DNA of 64,000 nucleotides from Candidatus Bathyarchaeota archaeon (GCA_963768425.1 CAVYHV010000017.1:64001-128000); one strand, 5' to 3'. Positions 9,310 through 20,774 are shown, counted from the stretch's first letter. Notes: generated by a model from the letters alone, not told the origin. A program made the numbers and translations.

Positions 9310-10827
9310 CTATAAGTTTGAATTTTTAAATCTTACGTTTTCAGTCGTAGACATCGTTTTTGAAACGTAAGATTCGGCGACACTGTTAAGGTTCCTTTGT
9401 GCATCTTCAAGGTTGTTTTTAAGTTTAGCTATGTTGATTTTAGCTTCTGCCATGTTTTTCTTGTTTGTTTTTATAGCCTTTTCAACCTCGATGGCTGATG
9501 GCCCCCCTATCACTTTATAGGTTTCTACTAGTTTTCGGGGATTTGTGCAATCGACGATGTCTTCCATTTTAACAGACAAATTCACGCCTGCGGTTTCCAT
9601 TGCGACCGCCTGAAGCAGTTTGGGGGTGGCATCTGACAGAGTTTTGTTTGAGTTTATGAGCGATTTGACGAGGGCTCCCACAATCTTGTGTGATGTTCTG
9701 AAGGCAATATTGTATTTCTGTACAATCATGTTTGCAAGCTCGGTTGCACCCGTAAAGCCTGTAGCCGCTTTGCCTTCAACGTTTGCTGACACCTTCAAGT
9801 TCGGGATAAGCGCAGAAAATATTGTGAGAGATGAAGAAAGGTTGCCAACTGAAGCCCAAAGCTTGGTGGTTACTTCTTGAAAATCAAGGTTGTACACAGT
9901 CGGTAGGCTCTTGATGGCTGCGGCTGAAGCTACAAAGTCCCCGAGCGCGTAGCTGGCTCTTGCACGAATAACCTCAAGCACCTCGGGATTCTTCTTCTGC
10001 GGCATAATGCTACTCGTAGACGTGAATTCGTCAGGCAATTCAACCATGCCGAACTCTTGCGAACTCCAAATTATCAAATCCTCAGCCAGACGACTCAAGT
10101 TCACCGCGAGCAAAGTTAGAGCGGATTGGGTTTCAAGGATGAAATCTCGGCTGCCAACCGCGTCAATAGAGTTCTCCAAAACCAAGTTAAAACCTAAAAG
10201 GGACGCAGTTCTTACCCGGTTTATTGGAAAACTAGTTGTTGCCAATGCACCTGCACCAAGAGGACACATATTGACCCGTTCATAGGCTCCTTGGAACCGA
10301 TGCAAATCCCGTTCCAAAGCCTGCACCCATGATATCAGATAATGGGCGAATGTGACAGGTTGTGCTGCCTGCAAATGAGTGTACTCCAAAATGACAGTGT
10401 CGACATGTTTGCCGGCTTTTTCCAGAAGGCTTTCTTGCATCTGAAGCACTTGAAGCATGATTTCAACAAGTTCGTTTCGGAGCTGCATTCGAATGGCCGT
10501 TGCAACTTGGTCGTTTCTGCTTTTCGCAATGTGAAGGTTCCCGCCGACTTCCGGTCCTGTCTCTTTAAGGACGGCTTCTTCAACAGCCATATGAACGTCC
10601 TCGGCACCGGGATCAAGCGCAACGTTTGATAGCTTCTGAAGGGCTTCGAGAATTTTGCTGCCATCTAGCGACTGGATTATTTTCTGCTCAATCAGCATTA
10701 CAATGTGGGCTTTGTTGATATCGATGATAGCTGGGGCTAAGCGTTCGTCGTCTTTTCGAGAAGAAGTAAACTTCGCTACATCTTCACGCACCGACGACAG
10801 TCGTCCACCATGCAGTATCTTCGACAC
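9310..10827 (-). CDS. argH: Argininosuccinate lyase
   Basis: EDVHMAVE, SRNDQVAT, YTHLQAAQP, STSSIMPQKKNP. Confidence 0.96.
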   Translation of the reverse strand: MSKILHGGRLSSVREDVAKFTSSRKDDERLAPAIIDINKAHIVMLIEQKIIQSLDGSKILEALQKLSNVALDPGAEDVHMAVEEAVLKETGPEVGGNLHIAKSRNDQVATAIRMQLRNELVEIMLQVLQMQESLLEKAGKHVDTVILEYTHLQAAQPVTFAHYLISWVQALERDLHRFQGAYERVNMCPLGAGALATTSFPINRVRTASLLGFNLVLENSIDAVGSRDFILETQSALTLLAVNLSRLAEDLIIWSSQEFGMVELPDEFTSTSSIMPQKKNPEVLEVIRARASYALGDFVASAAAIKSLPTVYNLDFQEVTTKLWASVGNLSSSLTIFSALIPNLKVSANVEGKAATGFTGATELANMIVQKYNIAFRTSHKIVGALVKSLINSNKTLSDATPKLLQAVAMETAGVNLSVKMEDIVDCTNPRKLVETYKVIGGPSAIEVEKAIKTNKKNMAEAKINIAKLKNNLEDAQRNLNSVAESYVSKTMSTTENVRFKNSNL

Positions 10828-10851
10828 TTCTTCGTTCCCCGCTTTCAGTAT

Positions 10852-12096
10852 TTACTTTTCGGTTTTCCTGGTTTTCCTACCTGTTTTCTGGCTTGTTTTT
10901 TTAAGGGCATTGTACATTCTTGTTTGGAGCCCCCACAGTTCAATAAAGCCTTTGGAGTACGACTGATTAAATGTGGCTTTTATGTTGTAATTAGCCAAAT
11001 TCTTGTCGTAGAGCGACATCGCTGATGAGCGACCGATGACTTGCAAGCTGCCCTTGTAGAGTTTAAGTTTGACTTCACCAGTCACATTTTCCTGCGATTT
11101 GTTGATGAAGGCGTCCAAATCATCCTTTAGAGGATCAACCCACAACCCAGCGTAGGCTAAGAAAACCCATTCTGCATCGACCTGTTGCTTAAAGAGAACT
11201 TGGTGGCGGGTCATAACCATTTTTTCAAGGTCTTTGTGAGCTTCCAGAATAACCGTTGCGGCTGGGCACTCGTAGACTTCTCTTGATTTAATGCCGACCA
11301 ATCGGTCCTCAATGTGGTCTATGCGGCCAACGCCGTTTCTGCCTGCAATCTTATTCATTTCTTCAATAAGTTCGAGGGGCAGCATAGCTTTGCCGTTTAC
11401 TGCCACGGGTACACCAGCCTCAAATTGTATGGTGACAATCTCTGGAGTGTTCGGTGCTTTTTCAGGCGAAGTTGTCCATTCGTAAGCATCTTCCGGGGGT
11501 TCTTGGCTTGCATCTTCCAACAAACCGCATTCGATTGCCCTTCCCCAAACGCTTGCGTCAATACTGTATTTTTTAGCTGCGTCGGAGACTGGGATACCTT
11601 TTGTTTTCGCGTAAGCAATCTCCTCTTCGCGCGTCATTCCCCATTCCCGCACTGGCGCAATGATTTTTCTATCAGGGGCCAATGATCCAAGCGTTACATC
11701 AAATCGAACTTGGTCGTTTCCTCTTCCCGTGCATCCGTGAGCCAAGGCTGTTGCACCTTCTGTTTCCGCTACTTCAACCATCTTTGCTGCTATGAGTGGT
11801 CGCGAGAGAGAGGTGCTTATCGGATACTTCCCCTCATAAAGTGCGTTGGCTTTTATCGCCGGGAAAATGTAGTCTTTTGCAAACTCGTCTTTGGCATCGA
11901 TTGAAAAATGTTTCAAAACCCCAAGTTTTTTGGCTTTTTGCTCAGCGGCTTTCAAGTTTTCTTGTTGACCAACGTCAACGGTTACAGTAATCACTTGGGC
12001 GTCGTACTTCTCTTGCAGGTACTTGATTAGAACAGACGTGTCTAACCCGCCTGAGTACGCTAACACTATTTTTTCGGTTATGTCTTGCTCCCCCAT
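10852..12096 (-). CDS. argG: Argininosuccinate synthase
   Basis: LAYSGGLDTS, AHGCTGRGNDQVRF, EDRLVGIKSREVYE. Confidence 0.97.
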   Translation of the reverse strand: MGEQDITEKIVLAYSGGLDTSVLIKYLQEKYDAQVITVTVDVGQQENLKAAEQKAKKLGVLKHFSIDAKDEFAKDYIFPAIKANALYEGKYPISTSLSRPLIAAKMVEVAETEGATALAHGCTGRGNDQVRFDVTLGSLAPDRKIIAPVREWGMTREEEIAYAKTKGIPVSDAAKKYSIDASVWGRAIECGLLEDASQEPPEDAYEWTTSPEKAPNTPEIVTIQFEAGVPVAVNGKAMLPLELIEEMNKIAGRNGVGRIDHIEDRLVGIKSREVYECPAATVILEAHKDLEKMVMTRHQVLFKQQVDAEWVFLAYAGLWVDPLKDDLDAFINKSQENVTGEVKLKLYKGSLQVIGRSSAMSLYDKNLANYNIKATFNQSYSKGFIELWGLQTRMYNALKKTSQKTGRKTRKTEK

Positions 12097-12208
12097 TTTT
12101 TTAGCTTGAACTATTTCCCCTAACCTTGAACCTTATCTTCTTAAACCTTGCGACTTTTTTGTTACTTAAGAAAACTTAAATGTTCCATTTGATACATGTT
12201 GCATTAAC

Positions 12209-12787
12209 ATGAGTATAGCTCAAAACGTCAGGAATTATCTCAGAAACAAACCGTACATACTTGAAGCTCTGGAAAAAGGAATTGTGAACCTCAGCGAGTT
12301 GGCAAGACAAATACAGAAAGAACTAAAAACCAAAGACCCAAGTGCAATAAAAGCCGCTCTGCGCCGTTACTCAGAGGAACTACAAAAACACAAACAGAAA
12401 AGAGAAGAAAAAGTCCTCCATCTTCTCAAATGCAGTAGCATAGCGGTTTATGACCGAAAATCTGTTATAATAACGGGCAATGAAATCAGTTCGAAAACGG
12501 GCATGAAGGTAGATTTGCTCGACAAATTCGTTTACTTGCTTGACAGAAACGATTTGCCTGAACGCATAAACACATTAATGAAGCATGACAACTGCACCAT
12601 GATCGTTGTGCACTCCCCTGAAGAACTCGAAGCAACACCGGGAGTTGTCGCTTTTATAGCTACCCTTTTGGCCGAGCAGAGCGTAAACATAGTTGAGTTC
12701 ATTTCTTGCTGGACAGAAACCATCATCGTTATCGAGAAAAAAGACAGCTTGAAAGTCTATGAAACCCTATCCAACCTAGTGGGCTAG
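12209..12787 (+). CDS. Archaeal ACT-domain protein with N-terminal HTH-like segment, putative amino-acid-sensing regulator
   Basis: ALEKGIVNLSELAR..AIKAALRR N-terminus; TPGVVAFIATLLAEQSVNIVEFISCWTE ACT-like C-terminus; divergent from argG. Confidence 0.75.
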   Translation: MSIAQNVRNYLRNKPYILEALEKGIVNLSELARQIQKELKTKDPSAIKAALRRYSEELQKHKQKREEKVLHLLKCSSIAVYDRKSVIITGNEISSKTGMKVDLLDKFVYLLDRNDLPERINTLMKHDNCTMIVVHSPEELEATPGVVAFIATLLAEQSVNIVEFISCWTETIIVIEKKDSLKVYETLSNLVG

Positions 12788-12870
12788 CAGCAATGGGCAA
12801 ATAAGCTAAGTCATGCCAGAAATAAACAGAGGTTTTGTAATCAGGGAGGTAGACTTCTTGTGTGGACAAG

Positions 12871-12924
12871 CCGACCGGTCGGTCAAATGTATATACATTT
12901 TGTTGATACAGTTTGTTGATACAG
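12871..12924. promoter_or_regulatory. Cluster of palindromes and a direct repeat upstream of thrC-hom-ask
   Basis: CCGACCGGTCGG (12871-12882), AAATGTATATACATTT (12885-12900) and two tandem TTTGTTGATACAG (12899-12924). Confidence 0.5.
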
Positions 12925-13111
12925 GAGCAAAGGGTTTGGACTTTTTCGTGTGCCTCCAGAGGTCTTCTCGGGTTTTCAACTTAACACTATTACAAAAGAC
13001 GTTACAGGAAAATGGAAGCAACAAAAATTAATAATGCCAAAGCAGTTAATTCAGCATTGACCTTCAGTGTTTCCTTAGCTAAGAGGGTTCATTGGCTGGA
13101 GAGGCTAAAAC

Positions 13112-14361
13112 ATGGTACATCAAGAATGTATTAACTGCAAAACAAGATATGACATAGACGAAATCATCTACTTCTGCAAGAAATGCGGAGACATCCTTGA
13201 AATAAAATTTGATTTCAAAGAGTTAGCGCAAACCCTCAAAACCAGCGACTGGAAAACAAAGCCTCTATCCGTTTGGCGCTACCGAGACTTCATGCCCATT
13301 CATGAAACCGCACACGTCGTCACGCTTAACGAAGGGGAACAGGCCTACATCGTTCCCAACACTTGGGCCACGAAGTAGGAATAAAGGAAGTATACGTTAA
13401 GAATGAAGGCGAGAATCCAACCGGCAGTTTCAAAGACCGAGGCATGACCGTTGGCGTTACCAAAGCCGTCGAGCTTGGAGCTAGGCATGTTATCTGCGCT
13501 TCAACCGGGAACACCAGCGCCAGTTTAGCAGCTTACGCTGCAAGAGCAGGGATAAAGTGCACCGTTTTGATTCCCTCGGGCAAGATTGCATATGGTAAGC
13601 TGGCCCAAGCCATGATTCACGGCGCAAAAGTCCTGCAGGTAAATGGAAACTTCGACCAATCATTAGAATTCGTCCTAAAGTTAGCTGAGAAGCATAAGAG
13701 CATTTACCTGCTTAATTCAATTAACCCTTTCCGCATCGAAGGACAGAAATCCTTGGGATTCGAAATCTGTGAGCAACTAAACTACGAAGCTCCAGACAGA
13801 ATCATCATACCCGTCGGCAATGCAGGAAACATAAGCGCCGTTTGGAAAGGATTAACTGAATTTCACAGACTGGGATTCATAAAAAAATTGCCTAAAATGA
13901 CAGGTATACAAGCGGCTGGCTCGGCGCCCATAGCACAAGCTATCAAAACCAACAGCGATAAAATCGTCCCTGTTGAACATCCAGAAACAGTTGCCACTGC
14001 CATCAGAATTGGTGCTCCAGTGAGCTGGAAAAAAGCCATCAACGCCATCCGCGAATCCCACGGCACCGCCGAAACTGTCACTGATGAGGAAATCTTGGAT
14101 GCTCAAAAAATGCTGGCGAGAATTGAAGGGATCTTTGTGGAGCCTGCCAGCGCTTCATCGATAGCGGGTTTAAAGAAGCTGGTTAAGAACGGTGTCATCG
14201 CCAAAGATGAGCGGATTGTATGTATAACTACTGGACATGGATTAAAAGACCCAGATACTGCCATAAAACAATGTGAGAAGCCAGTCGAGGTCGAGGCGGA
14301 TATGTTATCTATTGAACAAGCGCTGGGATTGAAACAGCAAAGAGTAATTATTGCAAGGTGA
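13112..14361 (+). CDS. thrC: Threonine synthase, frameshifted near 13335
   Basis: N-terminal CxxC...CxxCG, SVWRYRDFMP, KNEGENPTGSFKDRG, ASTGNTSAS, PVGNAGN, EPASA; break in a G run (NEG-GTGL). Confidence 0.95.
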
Positions 14362-15413
14362 AAAGGAAAATGAGGATAATTTTAGTTGGGTTCGGGGTAG
14401 TTGGGAAGAGTGTAACAACCATTCTGGCGAAGAGATACGTGGAAAAAGTCAAAGACTACGGGTTCAACCCAAAAATCGTCGCGATAGCTGACATAGACGG
14501 AGCGGTCATAAACCCAAGAGGTTTAAGCCCTGAAAAATTAGGTGAGATTAGGCAGAAGGGCTTTCCTATATCAAAAGACTCTGAGTTTGGTCACCCGGGA
14601 ATGTCGGTGCAAGATGTTATCGAGTCAGTTGAGGCAGAAGTGGTTGTTGAGGTAACACCGGTTAACATCAAGAATGCTGAACCCGCTTTATCACATATTA
14701 CCAAAGCCTTCCAAACAGGAAAACACGTGGTCACAACAAATAAAGGACCATTAGCCTTAGCAATGCCCGCCCTTACGGAACTGGCAGAATACAATAACGT
14801 TTATTTGCGATTTAGCGGAACCGTTGGCGGCGGAACACCAGTACTTGAGTTCGCAAAGCGATGTCTGGCTGGAGACAAAATATTAGCTATCAAAGGCATA
14901 CTAAACGGAACAACAAATTATATACTGACTGAAATGGCTCAAAACCGCTTAACCTTCCAAGAAGCACTCTCAAACGCCCAGAAGCTTGGCTACGCGGAGC
15001 GAGAGCCATCCATGGACGTCGACGGCTTCGACGCTGCATGCAAAGTGGTTATTTTGGCCAACTGGATATTGAACAAGAAAATAACTTTAAAAGACGTCGA
15101 TATCACTGGAATAAGAGGGGTTTCTTTGGAAGCGCTTGATGAAGCCGCAAAAAGGGGAAACACAATCAAGCTCATAGGATCCATAGACGTCGGCAAACCC
15201 TCTGTCAAACCCATGGAGATAGCGAAGAGCAGCCCTCTTTGCGTCAGCGGAGTTCTTAATGCGGTGACGTTCCTTACAGAATATGCAGGTGAAGAAACCA
15301 TTGTTGGCAAAGGTGCAGGCGGCGTGGAGACGGCCAGTGCAGTTTTAAGAGACCTCTTAGATATAAGGCACAAGTTAGCAGACAGAATGCTATATGAAAA
15401 CTCGGAGTCCTAA
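14358..15413 (+). CDS. hom: Homoserine dehydrogenase
   Basis: GFGVVG, HVVTTNKGP, GILNGTTNYIL, GYAE..P..DVDG.DAA.K, GKGAGG.ETASAV. Confidence 0.95.
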   Translation: MKRKMRIILVGFGVVGKSVTTILAKRYVEKVKDYGFNPKIVAIADIDGAVINPRGLSPEKLGEIRQKGFPISKDSEFGHPGMSVQDVIESVEAEVVVEVTPVNIKNAEPALSHITKAFQTGKHVVTTNKGPLALAMPALTELAEYNNVYLRFSGTVGGGTPVLEFAKRCLAGDKILAIKGILNGTTNYILTEMAQNRLTFQEALSNAQKLGYAEREPSMDVDGFDAACKVVILANWILNKKITLKDVDITGIRGVSLEALDEAAKRGNTIKLIGSIDVGKPSVKPMEIAKSSPLCVSGVLNAVTFLTEYAGEETIVGKGAGGVETASAVLRDLLDIRHKLADRMLYENSES

Positions 15414-15415
15414 AA

Positions 15416-16825
15416 ATGAAGATAGTCATGAAGTTTGGCGGAAGCAGTGTAGCCACAGGCGAAAACATACGCCATGTAAGTGACATAGTGACCCAACAGA
15501 CAAAGAGCGACTGCAGAATAGCCGTTGTTGTGTCAGCTTTGGCAGGTGTAACTAACAGCCTAATTGAGGTGGCTGAGCAGGCAAGGAAAAGCGATGAAAA
15601 ACACATTCAAGCCTTTACCACAGGTCTTTCAAAGAAACATTTGGCAGCGATCGAATCAGCAATTGCCAGCAAGCCGATACAGAAAGAAGTGACTCAAATC
15701 ACGGAGAAAACCATCGCTGAACTCGAGAAAGTGTTAACGGGCATATGTTATGTTGGCGAGTTGACGCCTAAATCGAAAGACTATGTTTTATCGTTCGGCG
15801 AGCGGTTGTCAGCACCTATCGTTTGGGGAGCCATAAAAGACCGCAAGCTGGAAACCCAATGCTTCACAGGCAAAGAAGCTGGCATCGTAACAGACTCAAA
15901 CTTCGGCGAAGCAGATCCCCTCATGAATTTCACAACCCACCTAATCCGCGAACGGCTAAGCCCCCTGCTTGAAAAAGGTATCATCCCAGTAGTTACAGGT
16001 TACATTGCCGCGGACCAAAACGGAGTAGTCACAACGGTTGGACGGGGCGGATCAGATTACACCGCAACAATCTTGGGAGTCGCCTTAGGAGCTGACGAAA
16101 TATGGATTTGGACTGACGTCGAAGGCATAATGACCACCGACCCAAAAATAGTCCCAACCGCAAAAATGCTCCCGCAATTAAGCTATCAAGAAGCAGCGGA
16201 AATGGCGATTTTCGGCGCAAAAGCCATGCATCCACGAGCCTTAGAGCCAGTCATAAAACAAAACGTTCCAGTCAGGATACGCAGCGTTTTTCACCCAGAA
16301 AACATTGGCACATTGATTACTGCAGAACCTTTTGCGAACTCTAAAGAAGCCGTCAAAGCTGTAGCAATGATAAAAGACGTTGCCATGTTAAACGTTAGCG
16401 GCGCAGGAATGGTCGGCGCGCCTGGAAGCTACGCAAAAGTCTTCGATGTACTTGGGAAAAACAACATTAATGTTATGATGATATCAACCGCTGCATCAGA
16501 AGCTAACATATCAATGGTTATTCGACGTGGGGTTTTAGGCAGGGCTATTAGCAACCTTGAAATAGCGTTGCTTGATAGGGGCGGGTTGATAAGTGATATA
16601 TCTTCGGAAGACGACGTGGCAGTCATCGCTGTTGTCGGCGCTAACATGAAAGGAACTTTAGGCGTGGCCTCAAAAATATTCACCACAGTCGCCAAAAACG
16701 GCATAAACATTCGGATGATAGCACAGGGCTCCTCAGAGCTCAACATTTCTTTCGTAGTTAAAGAGAAAGACGGGGAAGCCGTAGTTCAAGCCATTCACAA
16801 AGCGTTCAACCTCGACAAGATGTAG
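15416..16825 (+). CDS. lysC: Aspartate kinase with two ACT domains
   Basis: VMKFGGSSV, VVVSALAGVT, GRGGSDYTA, WTDVEG..T.DP, SSELNISFVV. Confidence 0.95.
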   Translation: MKIVMKFGGSSVATGENIRHVSDIVTQQTKSDCRIAVVVSALAGVTNSLIEVAEQARKSDEKHIQAFTTGLSKKHLAAIESAIASKPIQKEVTQITEKTIAELEKVLTGICYVGELTPKSKDYVLSFGERLSAPIVWGAIKDRKLETQCFTGKEAGIVTDSNFGEADPLMNFTTHLIRERLSPLLEKGIIPVVTGYIAADQNGVVTTVGRGGSDYTATILGVALGADEIWIWTDVEGIMTTDPKIVPTAKMLPQLSYQEAAEMAIFGAKAMHPRALEPVIKQNVPVRIRSVFHPENIGTLITAEPFANSKEAVKAVAMIKDVAMLNVSGAGMVGAPGSYAKVFDVLGKNNINVMMISTAASEANISMVIRRGVLGRAISNLEIALLDRGGLISDISSEDDVAVIAVVGANMKGTLGVASKIFTTVAKNGINIRMIAQGSSELNISFVVKEKDGEAVVQAIHKAFNLDKM

Positions 16826-16877
16826 ATTTAAACGTGAAAATGCAAGTTCGGAGCAATCCCCCAAAGTTTTCTTTATT

Positions 16878-17363
16878 TCAATGGGCGGTTTTGTTTTGCA
16901 TCCAACGTTGCCGCATATACTGTCTTCTTGCCCTCCAGAAAAGCATACGGGCTAGGAACAAAATCACTAAGACAACCAGTAGTATTAGGATAATTTCGCC
17001 TGGGAAGTATCCATTTCCACCATCCACGTTAAAGTAGAGCACAAGCAAACCGACAACTACGATTCCGAGCGGTAACATTAGAAGAATTCCCCCGTAACGC
17101 AGCCAACCCGGGGTGCCCTGCCGATTAAAGCCGTTTCCGCCAGCCCCTCCTTCGCGTTGCTGCCGGATTTGCTTAAGCCGCTCTTCGTTAAGGTAGTATT
17201 TTCCGTTTACTTCCACGAAAATTCCTGATTGACCAAGTCTTCGATGCATGGCTTGCTCGAACCGAGGCGGCAAACCCAGTTCTTGGATGGTCAAGGCTGT
17301 TTCCGGGTTGAGGGCACCTTTCTCCCTGAATTTCTGAATTATTGCTTCAATGCGTTGCTGCAT
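16878..17363 (-). CDS. Hypothetical membrane protein (winged-helix-like N-terminus, two TM helices)
   Basis: 161-aa ORF with a soluble N-terminus and two C-terminal hydrophobic segments. Confidence 0.7.
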   Translation of the reverse strand: MQQRIEAIIQKFREKGALNPETALTIQELGLPPRFEQAMHRRLGQSGIFVEVNGKYYLNEERLKQIRQQREGGAGGNGFNRQGTPGWLRYGGILLMLPLGIVVVGLLVLYFNVDGGNGYFPGEIILILLVVLVILFLARMLFWRARRQYMRQRWMQNKTAH

Positions 17364-17731
17364 CCTTTACCTGTATCTAAACATACGTTCCCGTATGATT
17401 TATTTTTTTCAGACGGTTGCCTCAAGTTAACTGGGAATCCTAAAGTTTAGCGCCGTAGCAGATTTCTAACTGGCTTACAGGAAAAGAAATTGCCAATTCA
17501 GGTTTCTTTAATGGAATTTTTTAGGAGAGGTTTGCTGAGGCTCTGGCGGATTTTGATTCTTCTTTAAGGAGAAAAAAGAAATGAAAATCTACATCACTCT
17601 ACAATCGCAGCTTCGTGATATTAGCCAGAGCCTTCTCAGCCGCATTTCTTTTTCCATCTCTTACTATTGTTTCTTCAGGTTTTTTTAACGGGACTAAAAA
17701 AGGGGAAATGTTGATGTTAGGATTGTTTAGT

Positions 17732-20441
17732 TTACGGGTGTTTTCTTGTGAGGAGAAGTGCCAGTACTGCGCCGATTATGATTATCACGATGATGATTGC
17801 GACGATACCGTATTCAAGTGCGGTTTGTGTGGCTACACCGCTCAGTGGTGTTGCCGTTGGTGCTGCTGTTGCGGACGCTTGCATCACGGTGAAGCTTGTT
17901 GCGTCGGATGATGGCCAGTAACCGTTAGTACCAGCGAAGTTTGCGTAGACCGTGTAGTTGCCTGCAATGTCAGGTGTCCAAGTTAGCGTGTACATTCCGT
18001 TTGAGTTGGTTGTGGCAGTGCCTATTTGTCTGTAATTGTTGTTTGAGTCTAATACGTAGATGTTTACTGGGACTCCGGTGAAGTTAGTTGGTTTAGGTTG
18101 TTGCTGGTAAACGTAGCCCATCCATGCTTGCATCCTAGCATCAGAACTGACTGGAACTCCGTTTGGAAAGTCAGATGCCTGCTCGTTTTGCTTTGTGCCT
18201 GCAGAAACGTCGGTGACTGTGCCGCGTATTACTACTGGCTGTCCAGATGCTAAACCTGCATTTGGAGCGGTAACTGTAGTTTGGCTTGGTCCTCTGCCAA
18301 CAACGTAGATTTGAGCGTCATAACCGTTAAACCATGTATTGTATCCGTCTGCTGCTGCATAACTGAAGACTTGGAATTCGCCTGTGTACTCTGAGATGGT
18401 CCAGATTTCTTTTCCAGTTGTAGCATTGATGGCTCGTGCTAATCCACCTTTGAAAAGTGGTGTTTCAGGTGTGTGTTCAGTCGTGACAAGGTAAACTACA
18501 TCGTTGCCTACAGCGTTGACGAAGGTTGGATAGTGAGAGAATGGTGTTTCAAGACCTGAATTGGTGCTGTTGCCTTCGCCGCCGTTACCGTATGTCCATA
18601 GAAGATCGCCGGTCTTTGTGTCGTAGCAGTAGACAATTCCTGCGTATGCGCTGCTGTACATTTTTCCGTAAGCAAATGCGTTTGCTAAACTTCCGGATGC
18701 TGGGCTACCATAGTAGTCGAGGTCTGCTTGAGGTGCGGTTGGACCCCAGATCTTCTGTCCTGTATCTAAGCTGTAGCCTACGTATTGCGAAGTTTCTCTC
18801 CAGTTTTCAACGAATACGCGATTTATTGGGTCAATTCCTGCTTCTAGAACTGTGATGTTATTTGCCGGTGGGTTGTAGGTCTGGTGCCAAAGTATCGAAC
18901 CTAACGAGCTTGGATGACTTTCGCTAATGCTGACAGCAAAGTAAGTGTATGGAGTATCGCTTTGTGAACCCATGAATATTGCGCCTGTTGAAGGTAGGTT
19001 GCCTGTGTAGCACAGTAGTCGGTCGTCTAGGATTGCTCCGACTTGAGTGACTGCTCCACTTGGAACTCCTGTCACGGAGACGTTAAAGTCTAACAGCGAT
19101 GGGTCTGCTCCGTTAGTAATAGGTGGAATTACTGGTGGTGATGTTGATTCGCCTGAGTAGTCACCATCCCAAAGCCTTGATGAGTTCCATTCCTGCAAAT
19201 AGTAGTTTGGCTTCGCAATGCTACCGTAGTTCGTCAAGCTAAGTACAAGTTCTTCACCGTTCGGACCGAGCAAAGATGTGCCTACTGGAACGTTGGTTAC
19301 ATTGAACATCGGATCGCCTGTAAATGCGTCAAAAGCCATCCAGGTGAGCGGGAAAACTCCGAAGAGTGAAGCTCCTCCAGATGCTGCGAATAGTATTGGT
19401 TGGTAGACTCCGTGTTGATTGGGGTCTTGGACGTCATAAAGATAAGCGAATGACAACGCTGGTACATCGGAGCGGCTCCAAATAAGTTGTCCAGTTTGCA
19501 AGTTGACGCAGTCAGTTGGTCCGTAAGCACTGCCGCTTAATCCGCCTGGTACTCCTGCGAAAGATATTGGTTCAGTGTAATAGAGCATTCCATCAACAAT
19601 TATGGGGTTGGTATATCTTTGATTATATGCCGAGCCTTCAAAGTATGTGTCACCGGCGATAGCTGTTTGGTTTCCGCCGACAACTCCGCCGCTGTCAAGG
19701 GGCTTAGTCCACATCACGTGGCCAGTCATTGAACCGACGACATCGCCTGCTCCGGCTAATTGCTCGCCGTTACCTCCAGCATTATATGTGCTTAAGAAGC
19801 CGCCGTATCCTGGTGCACCTGTGCCTAGCCAGTTTGACGAAATTGAGAACCAGTTTGTGTTATATCCGTAGATTGGGCGCGTCCAGTAGACTAGTTGGAA
19901 GTGGGGTTGTTGGGTAATAGGAAATTGGTGCTTGCTGAACAGTAAGGGTTGTTGACGCGGAGCTGGGTGCATAATAATCGCCTTCGTATGGAGCGTTGGA
20001 ACCGAACATGGTAAAGGTAATTGGGAAGTTGTATGTTTGTCCTGGGAATGTGAAATTAAGGCTGTATGTGCCTACTTGATCTGGTGTGAATGCATAGTCT
20101 TGGGCTGATGTTGAGTCCGCAACTACGGGGAAGGTCTCTGTTTGCTTGTCGCCGTTTGGTGCAGTTATTACGAGCTGGTAGTTGTGGAATCGGATGTCAT
20201 TTGGAATGGCAGCGTTAAATATTACTTGATTAAGCCAAATTATGACTTCAACTGATTGACCTGTTCCAACTGGGTTGGGTGAGACACTGATGTATGCGTA
20301 TGTTGGAATTGTTTCTCCTGGCGTTTGTGCTTTAGCAATTGGCACTAGCATCATTGATGCTGACATCGAAAGTATAAAGAATATAGAGATCGCAATGGCT
20401 CCTGTTTTGTTTTTTGAAAATGCTTTTAGTATGTTTGACAT
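17732..20441 (-). CDS. Large secreted PQQ-like beta-propeller surface protein with Ig-like domains and C-terminal TM anchor, frameshifted near 19900
   Basis: Signal peptide; PNPVGTGQ, YWTRPI, HVMWTKPL..GGVVGG, CYDTKTGDLLWTY, YVVGRGPSQTTVTAP; TM plus RKHP tail; ORFs 19860-20441 and 17732-19972 are two halves. Confidence 0.85.
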
Positions 20442-20774
20442 TTTTCTTCTTCCTTTTCTGTACTCTGGGTTTCAAAACATTTGTATTTAAGATTTTGCAA
20501 AATTATTAAAATTATCAAATAAAATTGCTGTTTAAATAAAAAATATGCAACTTTATAAGAAAACAGCCATTAACTCGGAACCAGACTTTTGAGCGGCAAC
20601 ATGCAAGAACCCTCTGTTTTGGTTGCCAAAATCAAAAAAAGAAAGTGTAGTTTGGATACTCTAATTTTGGTTGCAGGTTATGGTTGTTTTCGCATGACGG
20701 CCAATATCAAAAATCTGCGATTAATTTAAATAGAATGAAAAAAGTAGCATGAACATCAACGAGGGATAATAGCT

